DNA of 64,000 bases from an uncultured Pseudomonadota bacterium (lineage in GTDB: Bacteria; Pseudomonadota; Alphaproteobacteria; JACZXZ01). A program made the position numbers and the translations under genes. Numbering within the stretch: the stretch's first letter is position 1; every line of letters starts with the position of its first letter. This document shows, in pieces, positions 1 to 9,614 of the stretch. The DNA lies in the NCBI GenBank assembly GCA_963749075.1, contig CAVVLJ010000020.1, forward strand, positions 544,001-608,000, given 5' to 3'. A model generated the notes under the pieces. That model worked only from the letters and a program-made list of their open reading frames with translations, was not told where the DNA came from and ran no database searches.

Positions 1-93
1 CACCGCGCCGACGAGCGCCTGGTGCTCGCCGACCTCTACGGTGCTACCGAGGTCGTCGCCCGCAGCCTCTACGATCTCCTCGCTCCGCCTTGA
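1..93 (+). CDS. 3' end of a gene entering the window, probably M20 family (ArgE/DapE-like) metallopeptidase
   Basis: Frame 1 reads [30 protein letters not shown] then TGA; 'H.ADE' followed by a final helix is typical of M20 C-termini. Confidence 0.5.
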   Translation, partial: HRADERLVLADLYGATEVVARSLYDLLAPP

Positions 94-187
94 GCGCCGT
101 CCGCTTCTTCACCGCGCCCCTGCCCGGTGCTACGGTAGCGCCAACCGCGATCAAGGCGACAACATTCGGTTTTGGGAGAGCAACGCC

Positions 188-1975
188 ATGTCCGACGCTC
201 CAGCAAAACGCCGACTGCGCAGCCAGGCTTGGTTCGACGACGCGCACAATCCCGGCATGACGGCGATCTATATCGAGCGCTTCCTCAATTACGGCATGAC
301 GGTGGACGAGCTGCGCACCGGCCGCCCCATCATCGGCATCGCCCAGACGGGGAGCGACCTCTCGCCGTGCAACCGCCACCATCTCCAGCTTGCCGAGCGC
401 GTGCGCGCCGGCATCCGCGACGCGGGAGGCGTGCCCTTCGAGTTCCCCTGCCATCCCATCCAGGAGACCGCCAGGCGCCCGACCGCGGCGCTCGACCGCA
501 ACCTCTCCTATTTGAGCCTCGTCGAGGTGCTCTACGGCTATCCCATCGACGGCGTGGTGCTGACGACAGGCTGCGATAAGACCACCCCCGCCGGCATCAT
601 GGGGGCGGCCACGCTCGACATCCCCGCCATCGTGCTCTCGGGCGGGCCGATGCTCGACGGCTATTACAAGGGCCAGCTCGTCGGCTCCGGCACGGTCGTA
701 TGGAAGGCGCGCGAGGAGCTCGCCGCCGGCGAGATCGATTACGACGAGTTCATCGCCAAGGTCGCGGCCTCGACCATGAGCGTCGGCCATTGCAACACCA
801 TGGGCACCGCCACCTCGATGAACTCGCTCGCCGAGGCGCTCGGCATGTCGCTCACCGGCTGCGCCGCCATCCCCGGGCCCTACCGCGAGCGCGGCCAGAT
901 CGCCTACGAGACGGGAAAACGCATCGTCGAGATGGTGCGCGAGGACCTGCGGCCTTCGAAGGTGCTCACGAAAGAGGCCTTCGAGAACGCCATCGTGGCC
1001 TGCTCGGCGCTCGGCGCCTCGACCAACTGCCCGCCCCACATCACCGCGATCGCGCGACACATCGGCGTCGAGCTCCCCCTCGACGACTGGGACCGCCTCG
1101 GCTACGACATCCCGCTCCTCGTCAACCTGATGCCCACCGGCAAATATCTCGGCGAGGCCTTCCACCGCGCGGGCGGCGTGCCCGCGGTCATGAAGGAGTT
1201 GCTCAAGGCCGGCAAGCTTCACGGCGAGGCACTCACCGTCACCGGCAGGACCATGGCCGAGAACCTGGCGCGCGCCGAGATCAAGGACCGCGAGGTGATC
1301 CGCCCCTATGGCGAGCCGCTCAAGGAGAAGGCGGGCTTCGCCGTGCTCAAGGGCAATCTCTTCCATTCGGCGATCATGAAGACGAGTGCCATCGAGCCCG
1401 AGTTCCGCAGGCGCTACCTCGAGCGCAAGGGCGACGAGGGCGCCTTCGAGGGCACCGCCATCGTGTTCGACGGCCCGGAGGACTACCACGCGCGCATCAA
1501 CGACCCGTCGCTTCCTATCGACGAGAACGCGCTCCTCTTCATCCGCAATTGCGGGCCCGTCGGCTATCCCGGCTCGGCCGAGGTGGTGAACATGCTGCCG
1601 CCGGACCGCCTCGTGCAGAAGGGCGTCTCGACGCTTCCCTGCATCGGCGACGGCAGGCAGAGCGGCACCTCGGGCAGCCCCTCCATCCTCCACGCCTCGC
1701 CCGAGGGGGCGATCGGCGGCGGCTTGGCGCTCCTCAAGACGGGCGACCGCGTGCGCATCGACTTGAAGAAGCGGCGCGCCGACATGCTCGTGCCGGAGGC
1801 GGAGCTCGCTCGGCGGCGCGAGGACTACCGCCCGCCCAAGCTCGACAACCAGACGCCGTGGCAGGAGTTCTACCGCGGCCACGTCGGCCAGCTCGAGAGC
1901 GGCGGCTGCCTCGAGTTCGCGGTGGGCTATCAGCGCATCGACGCGGAGAAGGGCATCCCGCGGCATAACCACTGA
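188..1975 (+). CDS. IlvD/Edd family dehydratase (probably sugar-acid dehydratase type)
   Basis: [29 protein letters not shown] and [10 protein letters not shown] motifs; ATG at 188 after GGGAGAG. Confidence 0.9.
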   Translation: MSDAPAKRRLRSQAWFDDAHNPGMTAIYIERFLNYGMTVDELRTGRPIIGIAQTGSDLSPCNRHHLQLAERVRAGIRDAGGVPFEFPCHPIQETARRPTAALDRNLSYLSLVEVLYGYPIDGVVLTTGCDKTTPAGIMGAATLDIPAIVLSGGPMLDGYYKGQLVGSGTVVWKAREELAAGEIDYDEFIAKVAASTMSVGHCNTMGTATSMNSLAEALGMSLTGCAAIPGPYRERGQIAYETGKRIVEMVREDLRPSKVLTKEAFENAIVACSALGASTNCPPHITAIARHIGVELPLDDWDRLGYDIPLLVNLMPTGKYLGEAFHRAGGVPAVMKELLKAGKLHGEALTVTGRTMAENLARAEIKDREVIRPYGEPLKEKAGFAVLKGNLFHSAIMKTSAIEPEFRRRYLERKGDEGAFEGTAIVFDGPEDYHARINDPSLPIDENALLFIRNCGPVGYPGSAEVVNMLPPDRLVQKGVSTLPCIGDGRQSGTSGSPSILHASPEGAIGGGLALLKTGDRVRIDLKKRRADMLVPEAELARRREDYRPPKLDNQTPWQEFYRGHVGQLESGGCLEFAVGYQRIDAEKGIPRHNH

Positions 1976-1994
1976 GGCGAACGCCGCAGATCTT

Positions 1995-2105
1995 TCATCC
2001 CTCGAGACGCGATCCTGTGGATCGCTCCTCGGGATGAGGAGCGGGTTGCAGGGGTTCACCTCATCCTGAGGAGGCGCGAAGCGCCGTCTCGAAGGATGAG
2101 GTGAA
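1995..2105. repeat. REP-like palindromic doublet (CCTCATCCTGAGGAG...GTCTCGAAGGA family)
   Basis: Two inverted units at about 1995-2039 and 2059-2097; same family as 47429-47548. Confidence 0.8.
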
Positions 2106-2211
2106 GGTGGCTCATCGCTCGCCCCACTCGCCTCTTGCCAAATGACGCATTGATGACTACAGCTTTCTCCATAGTCGCTGGTCTCTTAATGAACGACAAG
2201 GACACGCATAC

Positions 2212-2487
2212 ATGAACCAGGCGGAACTCATTCAGCAGATCGCGAAGAGGGAGAAGCTGAGCGCGCGCGAGGCGAAGGAAGCGGTGCAGACCGTGCTTGC
2301 CGCGATCCAAGCAGCGCTCCTCAAGGGGGAGGCGGTGCGCACCACGCTCGGCATCTTCACCGTCGCCAAGCGCGCGGCGCGCATCGGCCGCAATCCTCAG
2401 ACAGGTGCTGCCGTCAAGATCAAGGCGTCCAAGAGCGTGCGCTTCAAGCTCTCGCGCGCGGTCAAGGGAGCGCTCAACAAGCGCTGA
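2212..2487 (+). CDS. hup: HU family DNA-binding protein
   Basis: MNQAELI...RAARIGRNPQTGAAVKIKASKSVRFK signature, 91 aa. Confidence 0.92.
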   Translation: MNQAELIQQIAKREKLSAREAKEAVQTVLAAIQAALLKGEAVRTTLGIFTVAKRAARIGRNPQTGAAVKIKASKSVRFKLSRAVKGALNKR

Positions 2488-2625
2488 GCCGCCTCTTTCC
2501 GCGGCCGGCCGCAGCCTTCTTTTGAGGCGGCCTTCACTGTGCTAAGCTCGCGGCAACAAGAACGCTTGCCGCGAGAAGGCGTCTTGCGCCCGGGCGCAGG
2601 ACGCATGGCAGTGGGAGGATGCGCC

Positions 2626-3618
2626 ATGACCATGATCGCTTCGCTTGAGCGCGGCTTGACGGCGGCACTCGCCTTGCTCCTCGGCATGGCCGCCGCCGGC
2701 AGCTCATCTGCCGAGACCATCACCGTGACCCATTGGGGAGCCCAGTTCTACGGCGCCCCCTATGCGATCGCCATGGAGAAGGGCTTCTTCAAGAAGCGCG
2801 GCGTCGACATCACCGGCATTCTCACCTCGACGGGCGGCGGCACCTCCGTGCGCAACACGCTCGCGGGGGACCTCCCCTTCGGCGAGGTGGCGCTCTCGGC
2901 CGCGGTCGAGGCCATCCAGGCGGGTCAGCCGATCAAGATCGTCTCGGCCGGGGTGGAGAGCGTCGCCGACATCCTGTGGATCGCCAAGCCCGGTTCGCCG
3001 CTCAACTCGATCAAGGACATCGTCGGCAAGAAGATCGCCTATACCTCGCCGGGCTCGGTCACCAACATGCTCATCCTCATGGCGATGAAGGCCTCGGGGA
3101 TCAGGCCCGATCAGGTGACGATCGTGCCCGCGGGCGGCGTCGGCGCCAACCTGACCGCGGCGCTGAGCGGTGCGGTGGACGCGGCGATGACGGCCGAGCC
3201 GCTGTGGTCCGAGGAGAAGGCGAAGGTGAAACCCGTCTTCTGGGTCAAGGACATCCTGCCGCCCAACATGACCCAGACGGTGTGCATCGTCACCGAGGAG
3301 TTCGCCAAGGCGCAGCCCGACAAGGTGCGCGCCATCATCGCGGGGCGGCGCGAGGGCGTGCAATACATCGCCCAGCATGTCGACGAGGCGGCGGCCATCG
3401 TCGCCAAGGTCTACAACATCGACCCCGCCCTCACCCGCGAAGTGTTCAAGCATTTCCTCGCCATCGGCTATTGGAGCGAGGGCGCCTTCGACTATGCCGC
3501 CATGAACCGCATGGTCGAGGGGCTCGAGATCGTCGGCAAGCTCAAGGGTGCGATGGATTGGCCGAAGCTCGTCGAGACGGCGTACCTGCCGCAGGATCTC
3601 CAGGCCAAGACCCATTGA
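2626..3618 (+). CDS. NitT/TauT-type ABC substrate-binding protein
   Basis: Signal peptide, EKGFFKKRGVD, IKDIVGKKIAYTSPGS; SD GGGAGG upstream of ATG 2626. Confidence 0.85.
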   Translation: MTMIASLERGLTAALALLLGMAAAGSSSAETITVTHWGAQFYGAPYAIAMEKGFFKKRGVDITGILTSTGGGTSVRNTLAGDLPFGEVALSAAVEAIQAGQPIKIVSAGVESVADILWIAKPGSPLNSIKDIVGKKIAYTSPGSVTNMLILMAMKASGIRPDQVTIVPAGGVGANLTAALSGAVDAAMTAEPLWSEEKAKVKPVFWVKDILPPNMTQTVCIVTEEFAKAQPDKVRAIIAGRREGVQYIAQHVDEAAAIVAKVYNIDPALTREVFKHFLAIGYWSEGAFDYAAMNRMVEGLEIVGKLKGAMDWPKLVETAYLPQDLQAKTH

Positions 3619-4487
3619 TGGCGGGCCTGCCGCAACCGTCGGGCAGCGCCGCGCGCGCGGTCCACGCCGAGCTGCGCGGTGTCTCCAAGGTCTATCGGGC
3701 GGCGGACGGCAAGGGTGCCGTGGCGGCACTCGGGCCGCTCGACCTCGAGCTCTACGCCGGCGAGTTCGTGGCCGTGGTCGGCCCCTCCGGCTGCGGCAAG
3801 ACGACGCTTCTCGAGACGCTCGCCGGCCTGGTGCCCGCGAGCGAGGGGGAGGTCATCTTCGAGGGGCGCGAGGTCAGGGGCCGCGTGCCCGACGGCATCG
3901 GCGTCGTCTTCCAGGAGGACGCCTGCCTCCCCTGGCTCAGCGTGTGGGACAACATCGCCTTCGGCCTGCGCCGCGCCGGTGCGGCGGCGGCCCAAGTCCG
4001 CGCGCGCGTCGATTACGCGGTCTCCTTCATGGGGCTCGGCAGCTTCGCACGAGCCTATCCGGCGCAGCTCTCGGGCGGCATGCGCCAGCGCGTCTGCATC
4101 GCGCGCACGCTCGTGCTCGAGCCGCGGCTGATCCTTCTGGATGAGCCGTTCGGCGCGCTCGACCAGCAGACCCGGCTCCTCATGGGCGACGAGCTCCTCC
4201 GCCTCTGGCGCGAGACCAAGGCGACCGTCCTCCTCATCACCCATGCCATCGACGAGGGCGTCATGCTGGCCAACCGGGTGGGCGTCATGTCGGCGCGGCC
4301 CGGCCGCTTCATCGAGCTGGTCGAGACCGGCTGGCCCTCGGGCCGCAATTCGCGCATCGTCGAGGAGGAGTCGTTCGGCCGGCTCACCGCGCACGTGTGG
4401 TCCAAGCTGCGCGGCGAATCGCTCAAGGCGCTCGGCCGCGGCGATGATGGCGCCGGCCCCGCCGCCCGGTCCGGGGGCGTTGCGTGA
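3618..4487 (+). CDS. NitT/TauT-type ABC ATP-binding protein
   Basis: GPSGCGKT, LSGGMRQR, LLDEPF; TGATG overlap with the upstream gene. Confidence 0.9.
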   Translation: MAGLPQPSGSAARAVHAELRGVSKVYRAADGKGAVAALGPLDLELYAGEFVAVVGPSGCGKTTLLETLAGLVPASEGEVIFEGREVRGRVPDGIGVVFQEDACLPWLSVWDNIAFGLRRAGAAAAQVRARVDYAVSFMGLGSFARAYPAQLSGGMRQRVCIARTLVLEPRLILLDEPFGALDQQTRLLMGDELLRLWRETKATVLLITHAIDEGVMLANRVGVMSARPGRFIELVETGWPSGRNSRIVEEESFGRLTAHVWSKLRGESLKALGRGDDGAGPAARSGGVA

Positions 4488-5236
4488 GCCGGGCGAGCCT
4501 GCTGCGCGCAGCGCTCATCCTCGGCGCCCTGGTCCTCCTCGAGCTCCTCACCCGCACGGGCGCCGTCAGCAATCTCGTCATCATCCCGCCGAGCGTCATG
4601 GCGGCCCAGCTCTGGAGCATGCTCGTCTCGGGCAGGCTCGATGCGGCGATGGCGCAAAGCTTCGGCAACATCGCCCTCGCCTTCTTCCTCTCGGTGACGC
4701 TCGGGCTCGCGATCGGCCTTGCCGTCCACGCAGCGCCCCGCCTGCGCCGGCTCGCCGATCCGCTCCTCGCCTCCTACTATGCGGTGCCCTTCTTCGTCTT
4801 CTATCCGCTGCTCATCGCCATCTTCGGGCTCAACCGCTGGCCGCTCGTCGCCATCGGCTTCGCCTTCGGCGCCGCCGCCATGGTGATCGCCACGCTCAAC
4901 GGGCTCGACCGCGTGCCGCGCGTCTACGGCAAGGTGGCGCGCGTGCACCGCCTCGGGCGCGGCGAGGAGGTCTTCCGCATCATCCTGCCGGCGGCGGCAC
5001 CGCACCTCTTCACCGGGATCAAGCTGGCGCTCGCCTACAGCTTCATCGGCGTGCTGGCGGGCGAGTTCATCCTCTCGGGCGGCGGCCTCGGCTACTCGAT
5101 CGCCTATGCCTACGACGCCTTCGACAACCGCACCATGTATGCGCTCATGCTCTTCGTGGTGACGCTCGCGATCCTCCTCAACGCCGCACTCCACCTCTGG
5201 GAGCAGCGCCTGATGCGGCACCGGCAGCGCCAGTGA
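4484..5236 (+). CDS. ABC permease
   Basis: Hydrophobic; ILPAAAPHLFTGIK and AGEF..GGGLG motifs. Confidence 0.88.
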   Translation: MSRASLLRAALILGALVLLELLTRTGAVSNLVIIPPSVMAAQLWSMLVSGRLDAAMAQSFGNIALAFFLSVTLGLAIGLAVHAAPRLRRLADPLLASYYAVPFFVFYPLLIAIFGLNRWPLVAIGFAFGAAAMVIATLNGLDRVPRVYGKVARVHRLGRGEEVFRIILPAAAPHLFTGIKLALAYSFIGVLAGEFILSGGGLGYSIAYAYDAFDNRTMYALMLFVVTLAILLNAALHLWEQRLMRHRQRQ

Positions 5237-6000
5237 GCGCCGTCCTCGCACTTCGGCCGCCGCGATTGCAGCGCTGGCTCGACGGGGCAGTGCTTGCGCT
5301 CGTCGTCGTGGCAGCCTGGCAGCTCCTCTACGCCGCGGTCGGCGGCGTCGCCATCACCTCGCCCTTCGGCACGCTCACGCAGGCGGACAAGCTGCTCCAC
5401 TCGCCCGTCTTCTGGCGCCACGTGAGCGCCACCGCCACGGCACTCGCCGTCTCGGTCGCCATCGCGTCCGCGGCCGGCGTGGCGGCGGGCCTGGCACTCG
5501 GCTTCCACCGCTTCTCGGGCGTCGTCGCCGAGCCGATCCTGACGGCGCTCTATACGCTGCCCAAGGTGACGCTCTATCCCTTGGTACTGCTCGTCTTCGG
5601 GCTCGGCCTCTCGGCCAAGATCGCCTTCGGCGTGATGCACGGCATCGTCCCCGTCATCCTCTTCACCATGGCCGCCGTGCGCGCCATCGATCCCGTCCAC
5701 CTCAAGACGGCGCGCGTGCTGCGCCTGACCCCGCTGCAGACGGCCGCGACCGTCCTCGCCCCCGCCGTGGTGCCGGAGATCTTCACCGGCCTCCGCGTCG
5801 GCTTCGCGCTCACGCTTCTAGGCGTCATCATCGGCGAGATGTTCGCCTCCCAGCGCGGCCTCGGCTTCATGATCATCAACGGCATGAACATCCACGACGT
5901 GCCGACCATGACCGCCGTCATCCTCCTCCTCATCCTCTTCGCGATCTCAGTGAGCTCCCTCCTCCTGGCCCTCGACCGCAGGCTGCACCGGCGGGGGTAG
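5233..6000 (+). CDS. ABC permease
   Basis: GTGA overlap; LPKVTLYP, PEIFTGLR and GEMFASQRGLG motifs. Confidence 0.88.
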   Translation: MSAVLALRPPRLQRWLDGAVLALVVVAAWQLLYAAVGGVAITSPFGTLTQADKLLHSPVFWRHVSATATALAVSVAIASAAGVAAGLALGFHRFSGVVAEPILTALYTLPKVTLYPLVLLVFGLGLSAKIAFGVMHGIVPVILFTMAAVRAIDPVHLKTARVLRLTPLQTAATVLAPAVVPEIFTGLRVGFALTLLGVIIGEMFASQRGLGFMIINGMNIHDVPTMTAVILLLILFAISVSSLLLALDRRLHRRG

Positions 6001-6007
6001 GTGCAAT

Positions 6008-6145
6008 CCCTCACCCTTCCCATCGCTTCGCGATGGGCCCCTTCCCTCTCCCGCTTGCGGGAGAGGGAATGAAGCGCATCCTGCCCTCTCCCGCGAGCGG
6101 GAGAGGGAGGGACCCACGGCCGAAAGGCCGTGGGAGGGTGAGGGA
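6008..6145. repeat. Inverted doublet of a ~60-bp two-hairpin element (CCCTCACCC...CCCTCTCCCG..CGGGAGAGGG)
   Basis: Unit 6008-6067 and inverted unit 6084-6144; same family at 6544-6603 and 61556-61694. Confidence 0.9.
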
Positions 6146-6165
6146 CCACGCGGTATCATGATGTT

Positions 6166-6906
6166 ATGACCAAGCGCGCCCTCTCCCCTCTACCGCGCCC
6201 CGAAGCCGCCGCCCGCGCCCGCCGGCTTCGCCGCGACGAGACCGACGCCGAGCGCCGCGTCTGGCGGGCGATCCGCAACCGGCAGATCGCCGGCGCCAAG
6301 TTTCGCCGCCAGGTGCCGATCGGCCCCTATTTCGCGGACTTCGCCTGCGTGGCACGGAGGCTCGTCGTCGAGCTCGACGGCGGGCAGCACGCGGACGCTA
6401 CCGTGCGGGACGAGGAGCGCGCGCGGGCGCTCGAGGCGCAGGGTTATCGGGTCCTGCGGTTCTGGAACAACGAGGCGATGGAGAATCTGGAGGGCGTGGT
6501 GGAGGCTATTCGGGTGGCGCTAAAGGAGTCGGGGCGGGGTGGTCCCTCACCCTTCCCATCGCTTCGCGATGGGCCCCTTCCCTCTCCCGTTTGCGGGAGA
6601 GGGAAAAGAGCGCGCAATTCCTATAGCCAGCTCATGTCCTCTCTCTGGCGCGCTTCGAAGGCGGCGATGTCGCGCTCGAGGCCGAGGGTGAAGCCGATCT
6701 CGTCGACGCCTTCGAGGAGGCAGTGCTTGCGGAAGGGATCGATCTCGAAGGGGATGGTCTCGCCCGCGGGGCTCGTCACGCGCTGGGCGGCGAGATCGAC
6801 GGTCATATGGGCGCCGGGCCTTGTGTTGAGTGCGGCGCGCAGGCCAGCCGCGGTCTCGGCCGGCACGACAATCGGGAGGAGGCCGTTCTTGAAGCTGTTG
6901 TTGTAG
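6166..6906 (+). CDS. DUF559 / Vsr-like endonuclease domain protein; conserved domain ends near 6525 and the ORF runs on through the repeat and antisense into leuD
   Basis: ARRLRR..TDAERRVW, KFRRQVPIGPYFADF, VVELDGGQH and GYRVLRFWN motifs. Confidence 0.85.
   Translation: MTKRALSPLPRPEAAARARRLRRDETDAERRVWRAIRNRQIAGAKFRRQVPIGPYFADFACVARRLVVELDGGQHADATVRDEERARALEAQGYRVLRFWNNEAMENLEGVVEAIRVALKESGRGGPSPFPSLRDGPLPSPVCGRGKRARNSYSQLMSSLWRASKAAMSRSRPRVKPISSTPSRRQCLRKGSISKGMVSPAGLVTRWAARSTVIWAPGLVLSAARRPAAVSAGTTIGRRPFLKLLL
6544..6603. repeat. Single copy of the 60-bp two-hairpin element, a near-identical direct repeat of 6008-6067
   Basis: CCCTCACCCTTCCCATCGCTTCGCGATGGGCCCCTTCCCTCTCCCG is identical to the 6008 copy. 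Confidence 0.9.
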
Positions 6907-7226
6907 AAGATGTCGCCGAAGCTCGGCGCCAGCACCGCGCGGATGCCGTAGTCCCAGAGCGCATAGACCGCGTGCTCGCGCGAGGAGCCGCAGCCGAAGT
7001 TGCGCTCGGCGACGAGGATGCGGGCACCTCGGAAGGCGGGGCGGTTGAGCACGAAGCCGGGCTTCTCGCTGCCGTCGTCGGCAAAGCGCAGGTCGTGGAA
7101 GAGAAAGCCGCCCATGCCCGCCTTGCGCGGCTTGCGCAAGAAGCGCGCCGGGATGATCTGGTCGGTATCCATGTTGGGCGCGTCGAGCGGCAATGCTAGG
7201 GCCTCGAGGCGCTGGAACTTCTCCAT
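6621..7226 (-). CDS. leuD: 3-isopropylmalate dehydratase-family small subunit
   Basis: NMDTDQIIPARFL, NFGCGSSREHA, SFGDIFYNN. Confidence 0.88.
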   Translation of the reverse strand: MEKFQRLEALALPLDAPNMDTDQIIPARFLRKPRKAGMGGFLFHDLRFADDGSEKPGFVLNRPAFRGARILVAERNFGCGSSREHAVYALWDYGIRAVLAPSFGDIFYNNSFKNGLLPIVVPAETAAGLRAALNTRPGAHMTVDLAAQRVTSPAGETIPFEIDPFRKHCLLEGVDEIGFTLGLERDIAAFEARQREDMSWL

Positions 7227-7227
7227 C

Positions 7228-8649
7228 TTATGCGCCCGCCATGAGCTTGCGCACGTCGCTCAAGCGGCCCGTCAGGGCCGCCGCCGCCGCCATGGCCGGG
7301 CTCAAGAGGTGCGTGCGCGCCCCCTTGCCCTGGCGGCCGGCGAAGTTGCGGTTCGAGGTGGAGGCGCAGCGCTGGCCGGCGGCCACCAGATCGCCGTTCA
7401 TGCCGACGCACATGGAGCAGCCCGCCTCGCGCCACTCGAAGCCCGCCTCCTTGAAGACGCGGTCGAGCCCCTCGGCCTCGGCCTGGGCCTTGACCAGGCC
7501 CGAGCCGGGCACCGCCCAGGCGGGGATCGCCGCCTTCCGTCCCTTGACCACCTTGGCCGCGGCGCGCAGGTCGTCGATGCGGCTGTTGGTGCAGGAGCCG
7601 ATGAAGACGCGGTCGATGGCGATCTCGTCGAGCGGCGTGCCGGGTGCGAGGCCCATATAGGCGAGCGCCTGGCTCCAGCCCGCGCCGACGATTGCATCCG
7701 GCGCCTCTCTCGGATCGGGCACGCGGCCCGAGATCGGAGCCGCATGCTCGGGCGAGGTGCCCCAGGTCACCATGGGCGAGAGCTCGCCTGCTGCGAGCGT
7801 CACCTCGCGGTCGAAACGCGCGGCGGGGTCGCTCGGCAGCGTGCGCCAAAAGGCGAGCGCCTTCTCCCATTCGCGGCCCTTGGGCGCGTAAGGCCGCCCC
7901 GCGAGATAGGCGAAGGTGGTGCCGTCGGGCGCCACCATGCCGGCGCGCGCACCCGCCTCGATCGACATGTTGCAGACCGTGAGGCGGCCTTCCATGCCGA
8001 GGCTGCGGATGGCGGCGCCGGCGTACTCGATGACGTGGCCGACCGCACCCGCGGCGCCGATCTTGGCGATGATGGCGAGGATGATGTCCTTGGCGAAGAC
8101 CCCCGGCGGCAAGGCACCCTCGACCGCGATCCTCAGCGTCTTGGGCTTCTGCTGCCAGAGCGACTGGGTGGCGAGCACGTGGCCCACCTCGGAGGCGCCG
8201 ATGCCGAAGGCGAGCGCTCCCAGCGCCCCGTGGGTCGAGGTGTGGGAATCGCCGCAGACGAGCGTCAGGCCCGGCTGGGTGATGCCCTGCTCCGGCCCCA
8301 CCACATGGACGATGCCCTGGCGCGCATCACCCAGCTCGAAGAGGGTGACGCCGTGCTTGGCCGCGTTCCGCGAGATCGCCTCGACCATGCCGCGCGCCTC
8401 GGGGTCGGCGATCGCCGCGGCATCGCGGCTCGAGGTCGGCACGTAATGGTCCGGCGTGCCGAACGTGCGCTCGGGCCGGCGCACATTCAGGCCGCGCTCG
8501 CCCAAGAGCTCGAAGGCGTGGCGCGAGCCGTCGTGGATGAGATGGCGGTCGATGTAGAGGAGGGTCTGGCCGTCGGCGCGCTCGACGACCTTGTGGCGCT
8601 CCCAGATCTTCTCGAAGAGCGTGCGCGGCTCTCCCGCCCCGTCCGTCAC
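7228..8649 (-). CDS. leuC: 3-isopropylmalate dehydratase-family large subunit
   Basis: [35 protein letters not shown]; HDGSRHAF replaces the canonical HEVTSPQAF, which suggests a paralog. Confidence 0.88.
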   Translation of the reverse strand: MTDGAGEPRTLFEKIWERHKVVERADGQTLLYIDRHLIHDGSRHAFELLGERGLNVRRPERTFGTPDHYVPTSSRDAAAIADPEARGMVEAISRNAAKHGVTLFELGDARQGIVHVVGPEQGITQPGLTLVCGDSHTSTHGALGALAFGIGASEVGHVLATQSLWQQKPKTLRIAVEGALPPGVFAKDIILAIIAKIGAAGAVGHVIEYAGAAIRSLGMEGRLTVCNMSIEAGARAGMVAPDGTTFAYLAGRPYAPKGREWEKALAFWRTLPSDPAARFDREVTLAAGELSPMVTWGTSPEHAAPISGRVPDPREAPDAIVGAGWSQALAYMGLAPGTPLDEIAIDRVFIGSCTNSRIDDLRAAAKVVKGRKAAIPAWAVPGSGLVKAQAEAEGLDRVFKEAGFEWREAGCSMCVGMNGDLVAAGQRCASTSNRNFAGRQGKGARTHLLSPAMAAAAALTGRLSDVRKLMAGA

Positions 8650-8655
8650 GGCGCG

Positions 8656-9576
8656 CTACTCGGCCGCCGGCTTGCGGCGCGCGAGCTCGGCCGTCGCCGC
8701 GGTGCGGAAGCGCTCGCGCAAGGGATCCCACTCCTCGGCCCCCATGCGGCGGAAGACGTCGCGCACGGTGGCGCCCATCGCGGGATGGCGCTTCGTCATC
8801 TTGACCTCGGCCAAGAGGGCGTCGAAGGCGTTGATGGCGCCCTTGAAGAGGAGGCCCGGCAGGATGGCGAGCTTGAAGCCGAGCCTCTCGGCCTCGGCCA
8901 GGTCGAGCGCCGGCGTCTTGCCGCCCCACACCACGTTGAGGAGGCAGGGGCCCTTGACGAGGCGCGGGATGGCGGCGACCTCCTCGGCCGTCTGGGGCGC
9001 CTCGAGGAAGGCCATGTCGGCGCCGGCGTCGAGTGCGGCATTCACGCGCCTCAGCGCCTCCTCGAAGCCGGCGCCGGCGCGCGAGTCGGTGCGCGCGATG
9101 ATGAGGAAGTCGGGGCTGCGCCTGGCCGCGGCCGCGGCGCGCACCTTGGCGAGGTAGTCGTCGAGTCCGATGATCTCCTTGTCGTCGAGGTGGCCGCAGC
9201 GCTTGGGGAAGCCCTGGTCCTCGATGTGGAGGCCGGCCACACCACGCTTCTCGTACTCGGCAACCGTGCGCACCACGTTGAGCTCGTTGCCGTAGCCGGT
9301 GTCCGCGTCGGCCACCACGGGAAGGCCGACCGCGGCGGCGATGCGGCCGGCGTTCTCCACCATCTCCGTCATGGTGAGGATGCCGTAATCCGGATAGCCG
9401 AGCGTCGCCGCCGTACCGGCGCCCGTCATGTAGACGGCCGGGAAGCCCGCCTGCTCGATAACGCGCGCGCTGATGCAGTCATAGGCGCCTGGGGCGATGA
9501 CCATGCCGGGTACCGCGAGGAGCTCGCGCAAGCGCCGCGCCGCCGGTGCTGCCGGAGCCGCCGTGAGAGCCGCCAT
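8656..9576 (-). CDS. Isocitrate lyase/PEP mutase family lyase (methylisocitrate or 2,3-dimethylmalate lyase-like)
   Basis: DADTGYG, HIEDQ..PKRCGH, IIARTD. Confidence 0.88.
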   Translation of the reverse strand: MAALTAAPAAPAARRLRELLAVPGMVIAPGAYDCISARVIEQAGFPAVYMTGAGTAATLGYPDYGILTMTEMVENAGRIAAAVGLPVVADADTGYGNELNVVRTVAEYEKRGVAGLHIEDQGFPKRCGHLDDKEIIGLDDYLAKVRAAAAARRSPDFLIIARTDSRAGAGFEEALRRVNAALDAGADMAFLEAPQTAEEVAAIPRLVKGPCLLNVVWGGKTPALDLAEAERLGFKLAILPGLLFKGAINAFDALLAEVKMTKRHPAMGATVRDVFRRMGAEEWDPLRERFRTAATAELARRKPAAE

Positions 9577-9614
9577 GAGATCCTCCTTGAGCCCGCGTTA
9601 TTTTCAGCAGCTCT

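Noticed and set aside
6008-6603. Repeats considered as a CRISPR array
   Set aside because: The units are inverted doublets of about 60 bp without regular unique spacers, and no cas genes are present.
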